A stretch of DNA of 64,000 bases from Octopus bimaculoides (GCF_001194135.2 NC_068990.1:1794108-1858107), one strand, 5' to 3'; shown: positions 40,031 to 52,915, numbered from the stretch's first letter. Numbers and translations: made by a program. The notes: generated by a model not told the origin, from the letters alone.

Positions 40031-41244
40031 GTATTTCTCTATCTGTCTATCTACTACTTATCTATCCGTGAATTGGAATATATATGTATATATATATATG
40101 ACTACAATGTTAGGAAAAACCTACATTACTAGAAATAAGAGCTAAATTGCTCTCATAGTATAGTTAATGCACATAAATGAAAACATATACACTAACAGGG
40201 GCCATAATCATCTGAAAATTGCTGATTGAGAATTCTTAATACTGATACATCAGTTTTGGCTATTTCCATTGCCTCATCAGTTAAAACAGCTTGGGTTTAG
40301 CTCTTTCCAGCACTTTTCAGGTGAATATGATCCCTGTTAGTGAATATGCTTACATTTATGTGCATTAACTATAGAATTAGAGTGATTTAGTTCTTATTTC
40401 TAGCAATGTAGGAGTTTACTAATATCCTAGTTACATTTAGTGACATTTCTCCCTTTTGGTGAAACATTACAACCTGCTGTTTATATTAATTTTATATATA
40501 CACATTTGGGAATCACTAATCATCTAATAATTTGGATGATCAAAACATAAATACTAATGGTGAAGTGAGCCTGGAAAGAGTCGAAGCTGAGCTGTTTTAA
40601 ATGATGAGGTAACAGAAATTGTTGAAACTGAGGCATCAATATCAAGTTCAACTTTACGATGAAAGTAAACAAAGTTTGTGTTTAGAAGCATTGATGGATA
40701 ATTTATCCTGATCACGCTATTTATAGCATTATCACGCGTTTGAGAAATAAATTTATTTCTGTATCTTACAATACATCTCATATTTGCTCTGTAAATGCGG
40801 CATATTTTAATGAATACTGAGACAATTTAGAAACCAAATAACTATTTTTTATTCACTTGAGATTGTTCAGCAATTTTCAACTGTAGTTATTCGTAACAGT
40901 TATGCACTCCAAATAATTTGAATGTAGCATTTCTTTTTCAACTGTTTTTACCACATTTTGGTAAGAAAGAGAGAATCATTGACTAAAACAGTAAACATAT
41001 ATATATATATATATATATTTAAATATATATATATGTGAATAAAAATAAATACAAAAAAGGGTTTTGTATGATCGTGTATAGAAGAATATATTATTTTATA
41101 TATTATTCAATATATTCAATAAGACATTTAATACTTCATTTCATTTTACAAGAATATAAATAAAACATAAAAAACAGACAGAGCTGGAACTTCTTTGAAT
41201 AAAATAATATATTTAAATATATATACATATATACATATATACAT

Positions 41245-41304
<60 letters not shown>

Positions 41305-41489
41305 NNNNNNNNNNNNNNNNNNNNNNNNNNNNNNNNNNNNNNNNNNNNNNNNNNNNNNNNNNNNNNNNNNNNNNNNTACTATAAATAATATATATACATA
41401 TATATATATATACTATAAATAATATATAAATATATGCATATATACATACATATATGTACATACCTACATATATATGTATATATACATGC

Positions 41490-42000
41490 ATATATGGGTA
41501 CAGGACATAAAAGAAATTGAAAAAATGAGAAAAGAAAACATAAAAAACAAAAACATAGAAAACGAACTTTTTTTGAACAACGTAAAACAAACAGAGAAAT
41601 GAGACATGCAACATAAAGAACATTCCCTTCATTAGTTGTCCCCTGTTTTTGTCTACTCTGCATTTCTAAGGTAAGGACAAGACATGACTTCATTAAAACA
41701 GTCCTTCCTGCAAAGCAAACTAAATAAAATTTGGGATTTTTTGTGGGGGGGTGAAAGTGGTAACAAAAACAGGACAGTGAGAACAAGCCAGTGAAAACAA
41801 ATGGCGAGGGCTGTTAAGCCAAGACAATGTGAAGTGGTGAATGGAGGAAAAATGAGCTTTGAGAAGAGACAGATAAAAGCACACGAAAGAAAGAAAGAAT
41901 GGCCATTGGTTACGTGTGAGCAATGAGAGGGTGAGGGAGGTAGAGTGAGAGAGGGAGAGGGAATGGTGACAGGGAGAGGAGTAGAATAGGGAAAGGGTGC
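41490..42000 (-). mobile_element. Probable Penelope-like remnant
   Basis: Begins ATATGGGTACAGGAC next to (TA)n, shared with 20840-20975; A-rich plus strand. Family assignment from recollection only. Confidence 0.35.
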
Positions 42001-42037
42001 GAGAGAAAAACAGAAAAGAAGAAGAGAAAGATAGAGA

Positions 42038-42080
<43 letters not shown>

Positions 42081-42700
42081 NNNNNNNNNNNNNNNNNNNN
42101 NNNNNNNNNNNNNNNNNNNNNNNNNNNNNNNNNNNNNNNNNNNNNNNNNNNNNNNNNNNNNNNNNNNNNNNNNNNNNNNNNNNNNNNNNNNNNNNNNNNN
42201 NNNNNNNNNNNNNNNNNNNNNNNNNNNNNNNNNNNNNNNNNNNNNNNNNNNNNNNNNNNNNNNNNNNNNNNNNNNNNNNNNNNNNNNNNNNNNNNNNNNN
42301 NNNNNNNNNNNNNNNNNNNNNNNNNNNNNNNNNNNNNNNNNNNNNNNNNNNNNNNNNNNNCACATCATAAGATGTCTCGTAAAATATTGTAACAAGTTAC
42401 AACATATTACAAATTTCTGGATACTCCATCTCTTCAGGGTCGCATTATTGCCATCACCAATACTATTATTAGCAAAACACACACATCATCCAAGAGATGT
42501 GCATAGGTTTGGCTTATTGTGGTTGTTTCTGTTATTATAATTGTTGCTGCAATAAAGTATCTTCAATGCATTGATTTTGAGCTCTATCCATTAAGGGACA
42601 TGTATACATATATATATACAAAAACTCAACTGTGAGCTTTTTGCTAAGACTGTTAACAGATACTATATATTTTGTAAAATTTGTTTTATAAAAGTATATA

Positions 42701-42731
<31 letters not shown>

Positions 42732-42890
42732 ACACAAAAAATGTCACCATGCCTTGGCTAAATAAGATGATACCTGCTCATACAGCTAAAAGGCTAAACA
42801 GGCCTGAATTCAGACACAGCTTTCACACCTTTTTTAACTTGATTGCTTTCGATAGGTTTATGGTTGAACTAGTGGCATTGGAGACCTTCA

Positions 42891-43230
42891 AGTGCATTTT
42901 ATGCGGCAGCAGCATGATTGCATTTTACGTGGCAGCAATATAAGTGCATTTTATGTGACACTGGCATGCATGCATTTTACATAGAACCAGCATGAGTGCA
43001 CTTTATGTGCCACCAAGATGAGTGCATTTTATGTGGCACCAGCATGAGTGCATATTATGGGATACTGGCATGGGTGCATTTTACATGGCACCGACATGAG
43101 TACATTTTATGTGGGACCAGCATGAGTGCATTTTATGTGGCACCAGCATGAGTGCATTTTATGTGGCACCAGTATGAATGCATTTTATGTGGCACCAAGG
43201 CGAGTGCATTTTACGTGGCACTTGCATTTT
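42891..43230. repeat. Imperfect 26-bp tandem array (~13 units)
   Basis: Consensus GTGCATTTTATGTGGCACCAGCATGA repeated. Confidence 0.9.
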
Positions 43231-44455
43231 CAAGACAGCTGGGAAAGAGAGTGGGGGCATGGCTGTATGTATGGATGTCCATTATGCACACACACATACA
43301 CACACATGCAGGCAAGTCAATAACAATCAATTAATTCAAAAGCAAAAGCAACAAATGTGACATTCGCAGTGACTATTATTATTAATTTAACACTTGATCA
43401 AAGTTTTATGGCGAAATTCAAAAGCAAAAAAAATATGGTGTTTTGGGCATAGCCCTTCATCAGATATGTAGAAGAAAGTCTATTTAAGAAGAAAAGGTTG
43501 AAGGGAAATGAGATATAAATGGAGAGTAACCATGTAAAAATCATCCATGCTGGTACAATGTAAAAAGCACCCAACACACTCTGTAAAGTGGTTGGCATTA
43601 AGAAGGGCATCCAGCTGTAGAAGCCATTACCAAATCAGATGACTGAAGCCAGATGCAGCCTGCCATCTTGATGATGATGATGATAATGACATTTCATATT
43701 TATATTTTACCTACTATTTAGAATTTGATTCATTTGGAGGTTTTAAATTGGACTTATAAGTGTACAAGGAAAATTAAGCGGCGATCATATACATCAATTA
43801 AATCTACAAAAGAAAATAAATTTTCTAGTTATTCTCAGATGATTTGTTGCCGATATTTAATTGATGTGTAAGCAGTATGATATAACATCATATATGATTC
43901 TAAATCTGACAAAAAAAAATGTAATTTCAGATGAAGATGTATTAATGTATAGAATTAGTGTCGTTTTATAGATTGGCATGATAATATACATTAAGTAAAA
44001 TTACTATTAAGATAATAATAATGATACTATGGGATGTTAACTGAGTGTGTGTCTTCAAAACTGAAAAGTAATATGAACATGGACCAGAAGCTGTAATATA
44101 AAATGAAAATTACAAAATCTTGTGGGACTTCTCCATAATGACTCACCGTACTATTGAAGCAAAAAGACCAGATATGATCACAGAGGACAAAATAAACAAA
44201 CAGTGTAGGATCATTGATTTTGTAATTCATTATTATAGTAGAGTTGATACCAAAGAAAGTGAAAAAAATCGAGAAATATCAAGATCTAGCTGACTTTAGC
44301 AGAATTTGAACTCAGAATATAGAGACAATCGAATGTTGCTAAGCATTTTGCCTTGTGTGCTAACAACTCTGGCAATATATACTATTAATATATATATACA
44401 TATATACAAATACATACATACATACATACATACATACATACATACATACATACAG

Positions 44456-44488
<33 letters not shown>

Positions 44489-45765
44489 GATAGACACACA
44501 CACATATATATTCATATTATTCTGCCAATAATATTAATTGCTAACAAAAATGTATGATTCATCTCAATTGTTGTCATATTTATAACAAGCTTTTTATATG
44601 TGTACTCTGTGCTGATACTCCATTCAATTGATACTATTTATTTTCTAAGCCTATCATAGTGTTATTAGAAGTAAGATGTCTTTAAATGCACATTTTCATA
44701 GCCTCAAATTAAGTATTCTATGTTTGTTCGATGTCATTTGATTTTATAGACTTAAGTTACCTTTTTTTTTATTGCATTCATGTTTTTTTTTTGCTGTTTT
44801 TTTTAACCTATTAAAATTCTGAACATCTTTTTACCTACCAATGAATGGTTTCATAGAAATATCTGTGTAAATAATAATTAATGATAATAATTAAAGAGAA
44901 TAATTGAGATCAATTCTGATATTGTTCACTGATGGTGCTTGGTGCCAAGATAATTAAAGCCACTAACTAGTCATTATTCTAAACAAATAAAATAATGACA
45001 GTGATGATGATGAAAATGATGATGATGGTGGTGGTGGTGGTGGTGGTAGTGGTGAGGATGATGACGACGATTAATTGCTAGAGTATAGGTGAAAATGATT
45101 GGTAGTATTTGTTCAAATTTTTACATTCGGAGTTCAAAACCCTGCTGATGTTTATATCACGTGTCATTCCTTTAAAGATTGATAGAAAAAAGTACCCATC
45201 ATATGCTGGGGTTCAGTTACATGAAATTTGTGGCTTTCAAGCCTTGCACATATCCTAGAAGCATTATTAAATAGAGAGTGGATTGGCAGAATTGTCTGAA
45301 TATTGAACAAAATACCTTGCCACAGTTAAATATGATTATTTTATGTTCGGAGTTCAAATCCTACCAAGTTCAACTTTGCTGTTCATTCCTGCATTATGAA
45401 ATACGAAATGAAATGAGGTGATATTAGCCTTCATCAGAAAAGTCGTCAGAGCATGATAAGGCAACTGCACTCTAAGATATGACAAGCCAACTAGAAAGGT
45501 CATAGCTGACTGACAAGTTTTTGTTGTGGCTCTCAAGTGTGAGCCTAAATGGACGCTGACGTATTTCCAATAAAGGTTACACAGCAACAACAACAACAGC
45601 AATGGTCTTCCTTACTATGTGAATTAAAAGCATTAGTTCTCATTTTTGTTTTCATTTTTGACTTTCTTCTGCACTTTGCAATGTCCTGGAAATCAGTTAA
45701 AACTTACTGGAAAACATTGTTTGGAACGGAAAAATTTACAGGTGCACCTCACGTAGAAGGTTAAA

Positions 45766-45988
45766 CTCTTTTACTCTTTTACTTGTTCAGTCATTTGACT
45801 GTGGCCATGCTGGAGCACCGCCTTTAGTCGACCAAATCGACCCCAGGACTTATTCTTTGTAAGCCTAGTATGTATTCTATCGGTCCCTTTTTGCTGAACC
45901 GCTAAGTTACGGGGAAGTAAACACTAGCATCAGTTGTCAAGCGATGTTGGGGGGATGGTGGGGGACAAACACAGACACAGGACCATAT

Positions 45989-46075
<87 letters not shown>

Positions 46076-46240
46076 TGATGGACTTCTTTCAGTTTCCGTC
46101 TACCAAATCCACTCACAAGGCTTTGGTCGGCCCGAGGCTATAGTAGAAGACACTTGTCCAAGGTGCTACGCAGTGGGACTGAACCCAGAACCATGTGGTT
46201 GGTAAGCAAGCTACTTACCACACATCCACTCCTATACCTA
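45766..46240 (-). mobile_element. SINE family A, near full length
   Basis: Head (minus) TAGGTATAGGAGTGGATGTGTGGTAAGTAGCTTGCTTACC at 46240, (TA)n centre, tail CAAGTAAAAGAGTAAAAGAG at ~45766. Confidence 0.9.
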
Positions 46241-46246
46241 TGTGTG

Positions 46247-46354
46247 ATGCTTACAGCACCTAGGTTTCCCATCTAAGTACTCACTAGGCTCGACGTTGCT
46301 TAACTTCAGTGATTGGACGAGAACCGGTGCTCTCAATGTGATATGGCTGTAAAC
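46247..46354 (-). pseudogene. 5S rRNA pseudogene with 12-nt internal deletion
   Basis: Minus strand GTTTACAGCCATATCACATTGAGAGCACCGGTTCTCGTCCAATCACTGAAGTTAAGCAACGTCGAGCCTAGTGAGTACTTAGATGGGAAACCTAGGTGCTGTAAGCAT, collinear with metazoan 5S; 108 nt instead of ~120. Confidence 0.9.
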
Positions 46355-46479
46355 TGTTAAAAATCTAGAAAAAAAAATGTAGGAAACTATTCCTTAACTC
46401 AAAATTATGAAGGTGTGTCATCTACTTGTTGGGGTTTTGTGTCCTTGATCAAGGCTTTTCATTTCAAATTACTCCAGTC

Positions 46480-46721
46480 CAATGGTTCTCATCAGGGATC
46501 CACATGGCCCTTGAGGGTCCATATAAGATTTAGTTGTTAAAAATTATGTGCAATAAATTACTTATATTTCTACAATACTCAAAATATATTAACAATTTTT
46601 CATACAATTTGTAATATAAAAATAGAATGGGACTCTTTATATATCAAATGGTTATGGGGATCCACTTGAGTGAAATAGGAATCGAAGAGACTCATAAGCT
46701 AAAAATGGTCGAAAACCACTG
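46480..46721. mobile_element. hAT (Charlie-like) MITE, 242 bp
   Basis: Termini CAATGGTTCTCA / TCGAAAACCACTG, flanked by 8-bp near-duplications CTCCAGTC (46472-46479) and CTTTAGTC (46722-46729). Confidence 0.75.
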
Positions 46722-47650
46722 CTTTAGTCTATTCATCTAAAATTAAGCACCAGATGAGTGCTTGCGTATCCCTCCTTCTCTCCAGCTTTCAAATTGCAGA
46801 TGTTCAGCTAGATGACAGCTACAGGGGCTGATAGTATGTCTGTATCTGATCATGATTCTACTGGTGGTTAAGGCAATTAGTAAAAAGCATGGTGCTAGTT
46901 AGTAAGTCATCCTCACTTATTAGAGATACCTATGCATGTATAACAGAATTATAAACAATAGGACTTTCAAGATGCACAATTATTAGTGTACATTTTATAA
47001 GGAATTAAATTATAATTTATAAAATCTGTAGAGCACCCAGTTACTCTCTGTGTCATGCTGAGAACCAATGACTTAAAGCAATATAAACATGGTAATTATG
47101 TAAAAAAATTGTAACAAAACATACAATAGAAGTAACGTAAACACCTGAAATCATTTGCTGATATTTTGCCAAGACATTTATGGTTATTCCACTAAATGTG
47201 CAGTGACAAAATAATTTCTGATCTCTTAAAAACCTTTCTTATTATTGTAGCAGTTCCAAATTATAATGTGTTTACAATGTTTCTCCTTATATATTTGGTA
47301 TACAATCTTCTTGGCAAATTGTGCCAACTTCATGTCTACTATAATTATCAATAGTCTATAGAAAAGACAGTTTGCAGTAGTAACAGCCCTCACTCCCTTA
47401 CCTGCTGCTTGTCCACCTACTCCAACATCATTAGGAGGAATGAAACATTCATTGCAAAATCAATTCTCATAAGAAATATTCCCAAAAGTTGAGTCTGTGA
47501 AAACTTATTTGCTGAAGTTCTCTAATTTTCAAATTTTACCATGAAGATATAATGTGGATATGTCTATGCTGAAGAAAATGCTTTCCATGTCCAAGAAAAA
47601 TGTATATGCATATAAATATATCTTTATATGTATGTGTCTATCTATATGTA

Positions 47651-47693
<43 letters not shown>

Positions 47694-47861
47694 AACAAGA
47701 TCAACCGCACATACACAAGGTATGTGCTTTGCCAGTTCGTGGGCAAGATGCAGTTATAAGCATGAGAAGATGTACTCTCATCAAGTCTCTTACACCTATA
47801 ATTACAGCCTGCCCACAAACTGGCAAAGCACATGCGTTGTGTATGTTCGATTGATATTGTT
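47694..47861. repeat. 168-bp foldback (52-bp inverted arms)
   Basis: 47694-47745 vs reverse complement of 47810-47861: 46/52 identical. Confidence 0.9.
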
Positions 47862-48343
47862 TATATCCCTTGGGCTGCTTCTAATGCATATTTTAATACA
47901 TACACACACACACACACAAATATATATATACACACACAGACAAATACACACACACACATATATATATACACACACAGACACATAAATGTGTGTGTATAAA
48001 TATATTTGTNNNNNNNNNNNNNNNNNNNNNNNNNNNNNNNNNNNNNNNNNNNNNNNNNNNNNNNNNNNNATATATATATATATATAGTAATAAGAAGAAC
48101 TTTTGGAAAGAAATTCATAAACCCTTTAATGCATTGCTATGCACGTTTCAACAAACCTCATGCTTTACTTGTTGTATTCCCCATCCATAAGATATTACAA
48201 ATATGATTTGCAAAATCCATGGATTTTAAGGGGAATATTAATATTTCTTTCTTCAGGCAAAAGTTGCATTAGAGTTCTGGCTGTATTCAATGTTTAGCAA
48301 AGGGATATTTACCAATTTACATCAATCAGAAGGATCTGTGTTT

Positions 48344-48386
<43 letters not shown>

Positions 48387-48428
48387 GTCTGTCTGTCTGT
48401 CTGTCTGTCTTTCTCTGTGTGTGTATAT

Positions 48429-48459
<31 letters not shown>

Positions 48460-49427
48460 CATATCTATACACACACACACACACACACACACACGCACTC
48501 ACACACACACGCACACACCCATATATGTATATATGTATATGTATGCACACAATATATATATATATATATATACATATATTCAGATTTTGTGCTAGAAGCA
48601 AGTAAACTATGTAAACATTATCAATACTTAATGAGTGTCTGACGGTAAAGGCTACAAAGCTGCGGTATTTCATCAAAGGGAGAGCCCTTGAAAGACGCTT
48701 TTGCATACCATCAAATAGTTTTTACTCTATTTGCATATATCTCCTTAGCAGGATGAGGTGGGTTATGTCAGAAGTGGAATTGCGATGCTGAAGAGTGGGA
48801 ATGACTGAGAAATATCGGTATGTATTGCTCTCTTTTGCATTCAGGGCAATTTCATTTCTCCTAGATCTAGATATGCTGTGTTGTTAAACAAGCTACATCT
48901 TTGAAGGGATTGTCTCCCTTAAACACAATACTGCTGCTATGTAGTGTTTACTAAAGCATCTGGCTTACCAAAAAAACCTGATGAGTAGGGGATTGCATAA
49001 TGTATTAAATGATCTTTAGAATGTAGTATATACTATACTCCTGACTGTACCATGTTTATATCACAGTAAAGGCTCTTAAATTAACAATTGTACTAAAATT
49101 AAGGTTTCATTCATTTTGCTAAACTTAAGGTTTCATTCATTTTGAATACTTTTGGAAGCTTTTGGATATGTGGATTACCAAACAGCATTGAATTATCCTG
49201 CCTTGATACAATCTGTGCTATGATAAAGGATTATTTGACTGTCTGATTTGTCATCCTGCTGTGTTATTAATTGTAACCTGTTTCACTTTGACATGTCTCA
49301 GTCCTTAATGGATCTCCTGTAATGAAATTTATATGGATATGTGTGTGTGTGTGTGTGTGTGTGTCTATGTGTGTGTGTATATATATATGTATGTGTGTGT
49401 GTGTGTATATATATATCTATATGCATG

Positions 49428-49491
<64 letters not shown>

Positions 49492-49492
49492 C

Positions 49493-49533
<41 letters not shown>

Positions 49534-49902
49534 CAGAGCTATATATGTATGTGTGTGCATGCATATATATATATATGTGTGTATATATATACACACATGT
49601 ATGCCTGTGTGTATGTGTGTATCTGTGTGCATGCATGCGTGCGTGCTTGCTTGCGTGTGTGAATCTTATGTGAGAATTCTAATTTCTGTATCAGGACTTT
49701 GATATCCTTCTGAGTTGCCTCCCCTGGTACCTTCTACTCATGATAGCAATTGATTTTGTAATGAAGTAAGGATATATTTAACACATGCAAACACTACAGG
49801 TCTGGTAGAAGATAATAAATTTGTGATATGGTTTTTACATATGTATTACACTTTTTAGCAAAAGCCAGAGATTTGGTACAAGAACTAACAACTTGACAAG
49901 CA

Positions 49903-50268
49903 GCGATAACAGGTCTGTGATGCCCTTAGATGTCTGGGGCCGCATGCGCACTATACTGTGGGTATCAGTGGGTGCATCTCCCCTCGGCCTGAGAGGGTCA
50001 AGAAACCTCTGAACCACTTCCTGTGATAGAGATCAGAGCCTGGAACCAACCCTGTGAACAAGGGATTTCCAGTAAGCATGGGTCATCAGTCCGTGTCAAT
50101 TGTACTGCCCTTTGTACACACCGCCTGTTGCCACTACAGATCAACACGTCCGGTGAGGTCCTAGGATCTGGCCAATGAGTCCCCTTGTGCACAGTGGCAT
50201 TCCATGCCATCATCAGTGCATTCTCTGATGGCCTGGAGAAGACAGCCGAACCCAATCACTTAGAGAAG
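49903..50268 (+). pseudogene. 18S rRNA 3' fragment (degraded)
   Basis: GCGATAACAGGTCTGTGATGCCCTTAGATGTCTGGGGCCGCATGCGCACTATACTG ... GGGATTTCCAGTAAG ... CTGCCCTTTGTACACACCGCCTGTTGCCACTAC ... CACTTAGAGAAG are altered versions of universal SSU 3'-domain motifs. Confidence 0.9.
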
Positions 50269-50566
50269 ATAGCGATAATGAGCAGAGACTTTAATGAGAA
50301 GATAAAATACAAATTTAACGTAACAGAGAAATTTCCCTCATCAGCTGCCCATCAGATAACCTCATGATTTTAACATCTTAAGGTAGAACTTGTAAAATTC
50401 TTTAAAAACTGATGTTGTGTTTGTAGGTGTAACTTAGCAATTTAATAAATAGAGATTAGAAATGATAACTCGAAAAACCAAGCTGTAGTAAGTACTAACT
50501 TTGAAGTTGATGAATATGCTCCAGACTGACACAGACTTAGGACTGACATCAGTAAATTAATATAAG

Positions 50567-50980
50567 AACAAGAGCACTCAGAGAGTGCAAACCTCTACCA
50601 AGGCAACACCAGTGTCCTTTCAATGATTAGCCAGAGATGATTTTTAAAATGAGAATATCTGAAATAAACTGGACTGCTCTCACAAATGAGAATACTAAAA
50701 ATGAACCCAACCTCTCTCAAACAGAAAAATAATCCAAATGTCTATATATTGAGTGAGAGGTGAAGGGAGAGGAGATGAAATACTGATACAGTGAAGGAAA
50801 AGTAGTGAGAGTAATAGCCATGACTGAGAGAGTGTGAGAGAAAATAATGACAATGAAAAAGACGAAATGAAGTGGCAAAGAAAGTGTTGTATGAATGAGA
50901 AAGGAAGGGGTGATCAATGAATAACGAAGGAAGAAGTGAAAGTTTGAAATGTGAGTATATGTATGTGTAAAATATAGGTA

Positions 50981-51029
<49 letters not shown>

Positions 51030-51039
51030 NNNNNNNNNN

Positions 51040-51087
<48 letters not shown>

Positions 51088-51372
51088 CAATTGAAATGAG
51101 ATGGTAATGTTCAGCGCTGAAAATGTGTGAGCATGTGTATGTGTGTGTGTGTATACAAGAGAACTATGGGAAACTTTAGATTTATATGTAAAGAAAAAAA
51201 ATTCGGAAAAATAATCCAGAATCCTTAAATCTAATGAGACCATGCCAGTCACAAGGCCAAACATCCCTGAAAGTTTCATCCGAATCCATCCAGCAGTTCT
51301 TGAGACATCCTGTCCATGGACAAACAAACACAACTGAAAACAACACCTCCGCCTTTGCTAACGTGGAGGTAA
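50567..51372 (+). mobile_element. Helentron-associated (HINE/DINE-like) non-autonomous element with internal insert
   Basis: Starts AACAAGAGCACTCAGAGAGTGCAAACCTC, ends with stem-loop CCTCCGCC-tttgctaa-CGTGGAGG-TAA; a shorter copy lies at 59545-59770. Confidence 0.6.
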
Positions 51373-51994
51373 CTAGACTGAACAACAAAAGCACGAGGTT
51401 ATCAATGTTGCTGTATATAAGTGTACAAACTTCACTGGCAAACTGAACAAAGCACAAACATTAGAATTGCTAGCAAACTTTATAAAGTTTCATTTCTCTC
51501 TGTGTTTGTGATGAGAACTGAAACAGCTCAATTATAGTGAATCAACAGCGCATACATATCCCGGAGGCACAACTTTCAGTCAAATTTCTGTCAGCGTTAG
51601 TTTAATCAGTTATCAATTTTTGTTTTTCTATATTTTCCAAATGTCTAAAATGTGACAAGGCGATCAAAACCTAGTAATGTTCTTGCTCTTGTTATTTTCC
51701 CCCCATTTCAACATTATAGAATGGTAGCTTAGACATAATTATTACTATTTATTTATTTTTGTTTTTTGTTTTTCTGTTTTTCAAAATATCTGTGTATATG
51801 ATAACAGAAAAATGTAGGCAGCAATAGTTATGCGAAGGAAAGTAAACGGGATTACGTTTGCTTACTCAGCACTTGAATATATTTGCAAATAAATCCACTA
51901 TTGTTATTACCATTAAGCATGTTTCCCTTTTTCTGGTGTATTTATTTTACAGCAGACTAAGTGAGAAAAACTATTCACATCTGCTTTCTTTCTT

Positions 51995-52041
<47 letters not shown>

Positions 52042-52814
52042 CTCTCTCTTTCTTTCTTTCTGTCTGTTTGTCTTTCTCTTTCTCTCCCTTGTCTGGGTAA
52101 GTTATTGGAAATAAAAATTATTTTATGCAGCTAAATGTAGAATTAGTTTAGGCCCGTTAGCTATATGAATCCCATTAATTTCCTGAAAAACGAAATACTG
52201 TACACAGAGTTCTCTCAAGCTTATATGTATGGTATATGGTAAAATCCAAGGAAAAGAAAAAGAGAGAAAGAAGAAGGAAGAGAATTAGGAGTTGAAAGAG
52301 AGGAAGACCAACTATAATTGCCATGTATTGGAGAAAGTAACTATTTTTTATGGAATGGTTGAATGAAGATCGTATAAATCATATGATAAATGTCAGAAAA
52401 GAGATAATGATTCTTGTGGATTTGGTGCTTGTAGTGCCAAGGAGAAAAGTGGATTGTAAAAACAAAGCGACTTAGAAACTCCATGTAAGCAATCAGGATT
52501 TCTAAAAGAAAATTGTTATATAATTATGTAATTTTTGGTTTATTTTCTGGATTTCTTTTCATGGAAGATTTTTAAAACTTACTTGGCAAATGTCCGTTTG
52601 TTTGATGTTGGTGAATATGAACAGCATGAAAGATAACGGGGAGAGAAAGAAAGAGAGAAAGAATGATTTAAAGAAATTTAAAAAATCCTGTGCAGTAGTA
52701 GGTTAATACAGTTGTGTAATAGATTACAAGTGATAGTATTCATATGTAACTCATGTGCATTCTTTGCTGCTACTTGAAAGCATTTTTATCTGTTTATATA
52801 TGGAATTTAATAGA

Positions 52815-52915
52815 CACAGGCATGGCTGTGTGGTAAGAAGTTTGCTTCTGAACCACATGGTTCCAGGCTTAGTCCTACCTTGGAGAAGTATGTTTTACTA
52901 TAGCTTCAGGCCGAC
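52815..52915 (+). mobile_element. SINE family A 5' half (continues at 56433-56640)
   Basis: CAGGCATGGCTGTGTGGTAAGAAGTTTGCTTC...TACTATAGCTTCAGGCCGAC. Confidence 0.7.

Noticed and set aside
46780-46835. Good acceptor (TCCCTCCTTCTCTCCAG) followed by FQIADVQLDDSYRG**
   Set aside because: Only 14 codons, no recognisable protein and no upstream exons identified.
47386-47460. Strong minus-strand donor CAG|GTAAGG preceded by FCNECFIPPNDVGVGGQAA
   Set aside because: In-frame stop upstream with no usable acceptor; unsupported without RNA data.
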